From the IMG/VR virus record IMGVR_UViG_3300005095_000172, positions 64,001-80,143 of that record: DNA of 16,143 bases; one strand, given 5' to 3'. Source of the stretch: a virus. Taxonomy: Duplodnaviria; Heunggongvirae; Uroviricota; Caudoviricetes. The first letter of the stretch is position 1. The number at the start of each line of letters is the position of its first letter. The notes below the pieces were generated by a model. The model ran no database searches. It saw only the letters and a list, made by a program, of their open reading frames with translations, and was not told the origin of the DNA. This document shows, piece by piece, positions 7,281 through 14,121 of the stretch. A program made the translations under genes and the position numbers.

Positions 7281-8356
7281 CGAACTCTCCCATAAATGTC
7301 AGAATATCTAATAATGTCTTCTTCTATAAGCTTATCACCTATTTGAATTTCTACTATTTTCACTTCTTCGTTTGTTCTATTTTCAATTGAATGTTTTTCG
7401 TTAATTTCTATCAATACTTCCTCATTCTCTCTTACAGAGAAAGTTTTATTTCCCTTAGTCACAAAAACTTCTCCGTTAATGATAATCCAATATTCCTTCC
7501 TGAAATTATGAGACTGAAGTGAAAGTTTTCCATTTGGGTTTATGGTGATAAGTTTTATTTTAAATTTCTTACCAGAATCTAGTACTGAATAATTTCCCCA
7601 AGGTCTTTCAACAACATATTGACTGAGGTTATCTATGAATCTTCTCGTTTCTCCTATATCTTCCCAACTACATTCGAGGTGTTCCACACAAAGAGAAACT
7701 TCTCTTTTTTCGATGAAAGGAGAAATGTAGTTATCGAAACTTATATCCTTTATATCAGAATTGTCTAATAAGACTACTCCTTCTTCTAAATCAATCTCGT
7801 TTAATTCATAATCCAAAATAAGCTTTTCTTTTATTCTTCCTCTTATAGAATATATCCCAGAATTCCACAACCACCCATTTTGAATTAATTCACTTGCTAA
7901 TTCTACATTTGGTTTCTCCATGAATTCTTTTGTTTCTTTATTCAAATACCCGTATCCTGTATTCGGGAATAATGGTTCCACTCCATGTAAAGTTATATCA
8001 CAGTTAGAAATTTCTAACTTATTACAATCAACTAAATGGTCTGAAGGAAGAAAGTTTACTAAATCATAAGAAGCCTTAGAAAGTATATAAATGAATTGAG
8101 TAAGTGTATTTCTTTTGAATTTTTCTACTATAATCTTCTTTACATTAATGTCTAAATCACTAATCTGTTCCTTAACAATTTCTAGATATTTTTCATTCGT
8201 GAAGACAAAAATATCACCTGATGCTCTATTAAGAGCATTTTGGAATGTTGATAGTCCTTCAAAGCATCTTATGAATTGCTTAGGGTATTCTGGATCACCT
8301 ATATTCATTCTAGTTCCAGAACCACCAGCCATAATTACGGTTGCAACATTTTCCAC
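7277..8356 (-). CDS. manC: Mannose-1-phosphate guanylyltransferase / mannose-6-phosphate isomerase (compact, diverged)
   Basis: VIMAGGSGTR, PKQF, GYGY, FMEKP, WNSG and WEDIG, plus a C-terminal cupin (ERPWG, LSLQSH..R.E.W). GTG start with AGGAG RBS. Confidence 0.88.
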   Translation of the reverse strand: MENVATVIMAGGSGTRMNIGDPEYPKQFIRCFEGLSTFQNALNRASGDIFVFTNEKYLEIVKEQISDLDINVKKIIVEKFKRNTLTQFIYILSKASYDLVNFLPSDHLVDCNKLEISNCDITLHGVEPLFPNTGYGYLNKETKEFMEKPNVELASELIQNGWLWNSGIYSIRGRIKEKLILDYELNEIDLEEGVVLLDNSDIKDISFDNYISPFIEKREVSLCVEHLECSWEDIGETRRFIDNLSQYVVERPWGNYSVLDSGKKFKIKLITINPNGKLSLQSHNFRKEYWIIINGEVFVTKGNKTFSVRENEEVLIEINEKHSIENRTNEEVKIVEIQIGDKLIEEDIIRYSDIYGRVR

Positions 8357-10045
8357 CTAAATCTCCTGGATAGCTTCTTTAAACCAAAGTGGGAATAAAT
8401 CTTTATTTAACAACCGTTCAAAATTGGTATCTGGTATAAAGAATTCACACCAATCATCTTCATGTCTAACTCCACGACCGTAACTTTGGGTAAGTTTATT
8501 TGCCGCTTCCTTTACATACCATCTAGGATAAAGTTCAGCTTTCTTTCTTACATAGACATCTCCTAATGAAGCATATTGGACTTTAGTAAGTATTTGAAAT
8601 CTGGCTAAATCGTCTTTAAAATCATACCCTTCAAATACACTTGGGCTAAGTAACACATAATCTTCTTTAGAATTGATGAAGTCATCAATAGTAAAATCAT
8701 CCGTTGGGATTTTCAATCTTCCATTCCTGACCCTCTTAGCAATTTCATATGCGTAATGGTAACTTGATGTATGGATAATTCCCTTATTTCCTCTATTCTT
8801 GGAGAGAATTTCAGTAATGAAAGAAGATATAGTATCAAGTGAATTTTCTTGGTTGTTATATGAAAAGTTTACTAAAGGGATATAGTAAATTGGTCTATTT
8901 TCCTTCTTGAAAACTCCTTCTAAGGAAAGGACTTCGCATTCGTTTTCATCTAATCCCAATTCTTTCATATAGACTTTCATGTCACCAACAGTAGCCGACA
9001 TATGTAAGTGGAAATCTGCTTTCTTTAATAGGATATGATTAGCACTCGAACTCGCGAAAACAGGAGTTATTTTCACTACTCCGTCCTCATTTTCTTCAAA
9101 AACAAATTTGGAACCAATACAAGAATTAGTCACTGAATTGAATTTGTTATAGAGATTATTTAGATATTCTGTCAATCTATAAAAACTGTCTGGAATTTTC
9201 ACATTTGATTCATCTATTTCTATACCAAATTCTTTCATAGAAGAAAGTGATTTTTTTAACTTAGTTTCTTTCGCTTTATCTAAATTTTCTATTGCCAAAA
9301 ATAAACCAGAACTTATATTTTCACTTAAATCCATCAATTTATCGTTTAAAATAACAAGTTCATTTTCAACGGAAGCTTTCAAAGAAGACTTGAACTGAAG
9401 AATTTCTTCTATTAGAGATTTTATACTAAAATCTATCGGTAGTTCTTCTTTCACCTTTAAAAATGGAGATATGATGTTGTCTCTAATTTCTTTTGTGTCT
9501 AAGGTTAAAGTGCTTCTAGAAATAATTTCTTCTGAAATGTTATGACACTCATCTATCACTGTACAATCTGATTTGAATTCACCATCACAAACAAGTTCAT
9601 CACATTGGCACATAAATGAAAAGTTTGTCATCCTGATAGACGCAGATTCTTTCCAAACTTCTCTTCTCTGAACATAAGGACATTCTCCTTTTGGTCTACA
9701 CCACTTACTTTTTACAAAAACTTCACAAGCAGGTGAACCATAAACTACTCCTTCCCGTTTGATACAAGGATAATTCGTTTTACCTTTTAGGTCAAATACA
9801 TCTTTGAATTCTGAATTATATTGATCTTGAAGAGCTTTTGTCTTAGTGATAATTGTAGTTCGTTTACCATTTTCTTTAAGGTATCTAGCAAATGTGACTG
9901 CTATTCCTGACTTTCCTGTACCAGTAGGTGCTTCAAGGATAAAGTGCTTCTTCCCGTTATTATAAGCGTTTATAATTGCCTCTATTGCGACCTCTTGTTG
10001 AGGTCTTATTTCTGTGTATGGGAATAATTCTTTCCAATGTTTCAT
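8357..10045 (-). CDS. DinG/XPD(Rad3)-family SF2 helicase with a predicted 4Fe-4S cluster
   Basis: Q motif (RPQQ), EAPTGTGKS, C-x12-C-x8-C-x5-C after LKGKTNY, DECH, MSAT, EGYDF and QSYGRGVRH. The ATG at 10045 overlaps the gp43B stop (ATGA); the ORF track uses GTG 10054. Confidence 0.88.
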   Translation of the reverse strand: MKHWKELFPYTEIRPQQEVAIEAIINAYNNGKKHFILEAPTGTGKSGIAVTFARYLKENGKRTTIITKTKALQDQYNSEFKDVFDLKGKTNYPCIKREGVVYGSPACEVFVKSKWCRPKGECPYVQRREVWKESASIRMTNFSFMCQCDELVCDGEFKSDCTVIDECHNISEEIISRSTLTLDTKEIRDNIISPFLKVKEELPIDFSIKSLIEEILQFKSSLKASVENELVILNDKLMDLSENISSGLFLAIENLDKAKETKLKKSLSSMKEFGIEIDESNVKIPDSFYRLTEYLNNLYNKFNSVTNSCIGSKFVFEENEDGVVKITPVFASSSANHILLKKADFHLHMSATVGDMKVYMKELGLDENECEVLSLEGVFKKENRPIYYIPLVNFSYNNQENSLDTISSFITEILSKNRGNKGIIHTSSYHYAYEIAKRVRNGRLKIPTDDFTIDDFINSKEDYVLLSPSVFEGYDFKDDLARFQILTKVQYASLGDVYVRKKAELYPRWYVKEAANKLTQSYGRGVRHEDDWCEFFIPDTNFERLLNKDLFPLWFKEAIQEI

Positions 10046-11214
10046 ATCAACCACTCATCCATTTCAAAATTTTGATCCAATTCATAACCTACCGCTTCTA
10101 ACATAATCTTTAATGGTGAAATGAAGAAATCTTCCCACATTCTTTCTCTGTCTATAAATTTCATTAAACCAGAATCTTCTATGAATTGAGAATCTATAAA
10201 AGCAATCACATCATCGCCTAGAATATTCGGTTTCTTCAAGAAAATGTATTTTATCTTATCAGCATCAGTGATTTTAGGATACTTAGTCAAGCCAGTGTTC
10301 CCTATAAAGTTATTAAAGTTCATAGCGGCACGTACATTCATTGGAGCCGTAAGGGTCTTCCCGTTCTTGAAAGTGGTGTATCTACCAATTTCTCCTTCAT
10401 ACTCTAGAGAACCGATACCACTTACTCTTGCAATATCATCTATTGGTGCTTCCCAAAATAGTTCTTCTATCTCAGTCAATCTTTCAATCGTACTCTTTGC
10501 GTCGTTGTCAAGAATAACTTCTACCATATCCTTTAAGTACTTCCTACAAAATGAAGGTGTACTAGAACGGACAATTTCTAGTCCAGTAACAGCTAGTTTC
10601 GGTTTCTCTAGTAGAATAGAGCCTTCATCCCACACTGCTCTCAAAGCATATTTCTTTTTAGCAACAAATAACCCTTTATCAGCTATTTTTTCCAGTTTAG
10701 CCCCGATTGGATCTTTGTTAAAAGCATTAAATGTATCTGAATATTCTTCAATATATTCCTGTACCCAGACATCAAGATATCTCTTATCGAAATTTATGAG
10801 TTTATCTAGAATAACTTTTTTATCCTGTTCATTAAATTTTTCGACCAATTTCCCCAAAGTAAAATATACCGAATCAGTATCCCCATACACTACAAAGTCG
10901 AAGTTTTCAACCTTCAGTACTTTCTTAAGTTTATCGTTTATGAAGTTAGCTAACCCTTGAATAAAAATCCTTCCATTCCCAGTAATAGAAGCAGCAACAT
11001 CCCTATTAAAAAGGAGAAAATGTACATTGGCAAGTGCTCCATAAAGAGAGTTGATTGAAATTTTTAGAGCCATTTGGTATGTATTGTAATATGCAGAACG
11101 GCTTTCTATGTGAGATGTGTCGGAACCAGAAAGGTGAGAAAGGTCCATATTGTTTATTTCATCGATGGTCATAGAACCATCTTCTATTTTTTCGTAAATT
11201 TCTTCTAGTGTCAT
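10042..11214 (-). CDS. Family B DNA polymerase, C-terminal subunit (gp43B-like: second finger helix, palm, thumb)
   Basis: KISINSLYG (motif B), YGDTDS (motif C), KKKYA and GLEIVRSSTP. It has its own GGAG RBS and promoter. Confidence 0.95.
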   Translation of the reverse strand: MTLEEIYEKIEDGSMTIDEINNMDLSHLSGSDTSHIESRSAYYNTYQMALKISINSLYGALANVHFLLFNRDVAASITGNGRIFIQGLANFINDKLKKVLKVENFDFVVYGDTDSVYFTLGKLVEKFNEQDKKVILDKLINFDKRYLDVWVQEYIEEYSDTFNAFNKDPIGAKLEKIADKGLFVAKKKYALRAVWDEGSILLEKPKLAVTGLEIVRSSTPSFCRKYLKDMVEVILDNDAKSTIERLTEIEELFWEAPIDDIARVSGIGSLEYEGEIGRYTTFKNGKTLTAPMNVRAAMNFNNFIGNTGLTKYPKITDADKIKYIFLKKPNILGDDVIAFIDSQFIEDSGLMKFIDRERMWEDFFISPLKIMLEAVGYELDQNFEMDEWLI

Positions 11215-11239
11215 TGATTACTCCGAAATGGTATCATAT

Positions 11240-11271
11240 ATCATACCAAATGAACCTTAAGAGCGACTTAA
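11240..11271 (-). promoter_or_regulatory. Putative promoter for gp43B and the downstream operon
   Basis: Minus strand TTAAG-N6-TTAAG-N10-TATGAT, with a second TATGAT at 11233-11238. The TGGTAT/ATACCA inverted repeat (11229-11248) overlaps it. Confidence 0.65.
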
Positions 11272-11276
11272 CGATC

Positions 11277-11501
11277 TCATTCAAATGACTCTGAATCGTA
11301 TCCATCCCAATAAATTTCCCCGAAATATTCTCTTTCAAGTTTGTAAGTAATTTCTTTAAGTTTGTGCATCAAAGTGTCATAATCAATATATTCCACGTTT
11401 GGAATTCTTCCTATTTGATACAAGCCACTTCCACCGTTCATTCTTTCGATGAACGCTTCTTCTGCTACTGATTTCAGGATGTCTTCATATCTTTCAAGCA
11501 T
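11277..11501 (-). CDS. Hypothetical acidic protein (74 aa)
   Basis: Start revised to ATG 11501, 6 nt after AAGGA and overlapping the end of the upstream ORF. No family recognised. Confidence 0.65.
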   Translation of the reverse strand: MLERYEDILKSVAEEAFIERMNGGSGLYQIGRIPNVEYIDYDTLMHKLKEITYKLEREYFGEIYWDGYDSESFE

Positions 11502-11826
11502 TACCATTCCTTTTCTCAACCCAATAAGCTTCAGTTTCCTCTTTAGTCATCTCGACTTGCTCAAAGTAACAACCACTATAACCGTCTGCCGCAGCATTGT
11601 TTTTAGCGTTGTATAGATTACTCACTAAAGAATTAATTGTCTTAGGGGTTCTATTGATCCTTTTGTTGCCATTTTCGTGTTGCCAGCTTTGACCAACTTC
11701 AAGAGTATAACTATATACCCGAACCAACTCATGGAGAGTTCCTACTTGCTCATAAGTTCTTGTTTCACCACCGAAACGACCTGACTTGCTCATAACTACT
11801 TTGTAAACTTTTGGTGATCTTGCCAT
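11494..11826 (-). CDS. Hypothetical phage protein (110 aa)
   Basis: AGAAAGG RBS within the repeated cassette. The GTLHEL...YSYTLE.G.S......KRIN..PKTINSLV segment looks like a conserved phage hypothetical from memory (unverified). Confidence 0.8.
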   Translation of the reverse strand: MARSPKVYKVVMSKSGRFGGETRTYEQVGTLHELVRVYSYTLEVGQSWQHENGNKRINRTPKTINSLVSNLYNAKNNAAADGYSGCYFEQVEMTKEETEAYWVEKRNGNA

Positions 11827-11874
11827 TTTTAAGCCTTTCTAACTTTAGATATAATTCATTGTACTGTAACTTAG
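11824..11874 (-). repeat. Promoter/RBS/start-codon cassette, copy 1
   Basis: The 22 bp at 11824-11845 are identical to 12223-12244, and the 13 bp at 11862-11874 are identical to 12264-12276. It contains -10 TACAAT, the RBS and ATG. Confidence 0.88.
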
Positions 11875-11889
11875 TCTGATCTTTATTAA

Positions 11890-12225
11890 TTAAGCAAATA
11901 TTTTTGCGGTTTCTGAAACAAGCTCAGATACACCGTATTCAGCCCAAAGTTTTCTATACTTTTCATCTGACACATAAGAAACATTACTGAGACCAGCGTG
12001 TGCGTTTGCGGAGGCATAATCGAACCCAATTTCGTCTAAAGTCAAGAAAAGTTCCCAACCAGTAGTACCGAGTATCATAATTCTTTTATTTCCACCACCA
12101 TTAACCAAACCAACTGATGACTTAAACTTTATACCAGCAATTTCAACTACCGTAGTCAAATATAGTCCGTCCCATCTTGGGTCCATTTTTACAGTCACGC
12201 CTTGGATTTTATTCAAGTTTTTCAT
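11890..12225 (-). CDS. Hypothetical protein (111 aa)
   Basis: ORF with AGAAAGG RBS and promoter in cassette copy 2; no family recognised. Confidence 0.78.
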   Translation of the reverse strand: MKNLNKIQGVTVKMDPRWDGLYLTTVVEIAGIKFKSSVGLVNGGGNKRIMILGTTGWELFLTLDEIGFDYASANAHAGLSNVSYVSDEKYRKLWAEYGVSELVSETAKIFA

Positions 12226-12292
12226 TTTTAAGCCTTTCTAACTTAGTTTGATATACTATATCATACTGTAACTTAGCTTAAACATTGCTTAA
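12223..12292 (-). promoter_or_regulatory. Promoter/RBS/start-codon cassette, copy 2, with the full upstream periodic motif
   Basis: Minus strand TTAAG-N6-TTAAG-N11-TATGAT...AGAAAGGCTTAAAAATG. Confidence 0.8.
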
Positions 12293-12329
12293 ATTTAATT
12301 TCCTTAAAAATTCTCTTTCTCGGGAGAAA

Positions 12330-13844
12330 CTATTGGATTTTAGCCTTTAGTGCGTTATACATCAACATCTTTCGCTTTGCTTCCTTCCTTGTGCTATAAA
12401 TATCAGCAACAATAGAAGGGATAATCCCCTCGTGGTCTCTTTTAAAGAAAGCATTCATACCAAACGCTACATCATATTTCTGACACACTTCCTTAATTTC
12501 ATCCAAAGTTTCCTTTTCAAGGTACACAGATTCATCTTCATGGGTATGATACTTAGCTCTAAGGGTTTTGAGTTCCTCTGGGAGTTCATACTCATTGATA
12601 TAAGTTTCAGGTGACATATTGAATGCCCTCATTCCTAGAAGAGGATACATACTGTTTACGTCGATAGAAACTAACCAATCGTGTTTTCCTTTTTTAGGGT
12701 GTCTAACATAACCACCAACAATAGTTTTGTCTAGGTGAGACTTCCTATCAAAAGGCATAACCAACGTCTCTTCTAAAGCAAGGTTAGTTAGGTATTGTCC
12801 CCAAGGCTTAACTGTACCAAAAGTGTCTTCGAGGTTAATGCCCATCATTTCAGAAAGGATTTTCATAAGCTCTATAAGCTTGAGTTTTTCTTCAAGGTCT
12901 TTAAGAATGATAACGTCTTGAATAGAGTATTCTAAGAATTTATCTATATCCCCGTGATAGAAGTCTATGATATCATCAAATTCCCCGTAATCAACCTTTC
13001 CGCTCCCAACTCCAAGTTCTTCCTTAGCGATATTATCCAATGAATAAGATGCTTGTGGCGTAAAAATGAATTTCTTATAAGCCTTCATCATATCCACAAG
13101 ATATATTCCTTCCCAAGAATAGTTCAGTCCATCTTTTGTCTTAATTTCAGAAACCTTATGGATTGGAGACAATCTTCTGTAGTTCACCCCTTGAATTTGC
13201 ATAGCTCTATGTGTAATATAAGGAAAGTCGAAGTAATCACCGTTCCAAGCAGTAATTACAGTCGGTTTTAATCCTTCTAATAACTTAAAGAAATCTAAGA
13301 ATAAATCCTTTTCGGTCTCATAGTGTTTAAATACTAGATTATTGTATTTCTTGAACCTTTCTTCGTCTTTCATTTTATCCAAACTAAGTAAAATGACCTT
13401 TTTAGAGTAAGAATCATAAATTTGAATTTGAGAAACTGGCTTAGAAGCTACTTGTGGGTCTGGGAATGATTTATCATTCTGGTCTTGCCCCATAGTTTCT
13501 ATATCGAGAAACCAAATCCTAATATCTGAAGTCTTTCCTTTTTTAAAGAAGTGTTTTCTGATATGGTTATATTCTGGATTTTGCCCACCGAACACTTCCT
13601 TTCCTATGGAGTCCATTAGTCCTCTGTATTCCTTAGCTTGTTTAGAATTCGTAAAGGACTTCTTTGACAATTTCGTAGAAGGGTCAAGTATGAATGAAAA
13701 CTCCCCTTGTGGGTTCTTTTCGTAATATTCCCACTCAGGTTCAAATTTTTCTATTCTTACTTGGTTTGTTTCTATATTCCTTGTTCTACAAAAATATTCA
13801 TATCCACTTCTCCAAACCATTTCATATTGTTCATTCTCATACAT
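12330..13844 (-). CDS. Family B DNA polymerase, N-terminal subunit (gp43A-like: 3'-5' exonuclease, motif A, first finger helix)
   Basis: ExoI FLDIET, ExoII WNGDYFDFPY, ExoIII YSIQDV and motif A SIDVNSMYP. It ends GIIPSIVADIYSTRKEAKRKM...KIQ with a TAG stop. GGAGG RBS. Confidence 0.95.
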   Translation of the reverse strand: MYENEQYEMVWRSGYEYFCRTRNIETNQVRIEKFEPEWEYYEKNPQGEFSFILDPSTKLSKKSFTNSKQAKEYRGLMDSIGKEVFGGQNPEYNHIRKHFFKKGKTSDIRIWFLDIETMGQDQNDKSFPDPQVASKPVSQIQIYDSYSKKVILLSLDKMKDEERFKKYNNLVFKHYETEKDLFLDFFKLLEGLKPTVITAWNGDYFDFPYITHRAMQIQGVNYRRLSPIHKVSEIKTKDGLNYSWEGIYLVDMMKAYKKFIFTPQASYSLDNIAKEELGVGSGKVDYGEFDDIIDFYHGDIDKFLEYSIQDVIILKDLEEKLKLIELMKILSEMMGINLEDTFGTVKPWGQYLTNLALEETLVMPFDRKSHLDKTIVGGYVRHPKKGKHDWLVSIDVNSMYPLLGMRAFNMSPETYINEYELPEELKTLRAKYHTHEDESVYLEKETLDEIKEVCQKYDVAFGMNAFFKRDHEGIIPSIVADIYSTRKEAKRKMLMYNALKAKIQ

Positions 13845-14111
13845 TTATTTTCCTCCAAATAGCCTAATCAATCTAAGTTGATAATTTTGTCCTCTTCTAT
13901 TTTCATAATCTGTTGTTAAAACATAAATGAAACTAATAGGCATAGACAAGAATGGATGTTTTATCCAAACATCAAATTGTTTCTTAACTGAAAACTTCTC
14001 TGAAGCAATTTTTATGGTTTCAAGAGACTTTTTTAGTTTTAAGAAATTAAAAATCACATAAAGCCACCCAGCTCTTCTTGCTATTTTCCTGTAAAACATA
14101 AAAAGTTCCAT
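13845..14111 (-). CDS. Hypothetical basic, aromatic-rich protein (88 aa)
   Basis: Fills the gap between gp41 and gp43A and abuts the gp43A start. ATG 14111 is preferred because an AAGGAA RBS overlaps the helicase stop. Confidence 0.6.
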   Translation of the reverse strand: MELFMFYRKIARRAGWLYVIFNFLKLKKSLETIKIASEKFSVKKQFDVWIKHPFLSMPISFIYVLTTDYENRRGQNYQLRLIRLFGGK

Positions 14112-14121
14112 AATGAATTCC

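Noticed and set aside
8357-10045. DinG as a type IV CRISPR (CasDinG) component
   Set aside because: There are no csf/cas genes or array in the window, and the gene is coupled to the polymerase.
11215-12329. Polymerase gap as an intein, group I intron or translational bypass
   Set aside because: gp43A has a clean stop, and gp43B has its own promoter, RBS and ATG. No intein Cys/His-Asn termini, LAGLIDADG/HNH/GIY-YIG motifs or intron core are evident. RT-PCR would be needed to exclude splicing fully.
12308-12329. Rho-independent terminator after gp43A (TTTCTCCCGAGAAAGAGAATTTTT on the minus strand)
   Set aside because: The stem is only about 5 bp and A/U-rich. It is possible but too weak to call.
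12330-12332. Amber (TAG) recoding that could fuse gp43A to downstream sequence
   Set aside because: Long conserved genes read through in the standard code with no internal TAG, and TAG terminates other genes at sensible positions (dUTPase, DinG). The sequence after this TAG is AT-rich intergenic DNA with promoter motifs.
338-13271. Plus-strand ORFs in the track (338-538, 1419-1631, 1832-2035, 2722-2982, 2799-3050, 3626-3910, 4349-4624, 8115-8360, 10244-10960, 12432-12614, 13053-13271) and also 14886-15107
   Set aside because: All lie antisense to well-supported minus-strand genes, show no recognisable motifs, and are explained as shadow frames. Those at 1832-3050 mirror the coding repeats.
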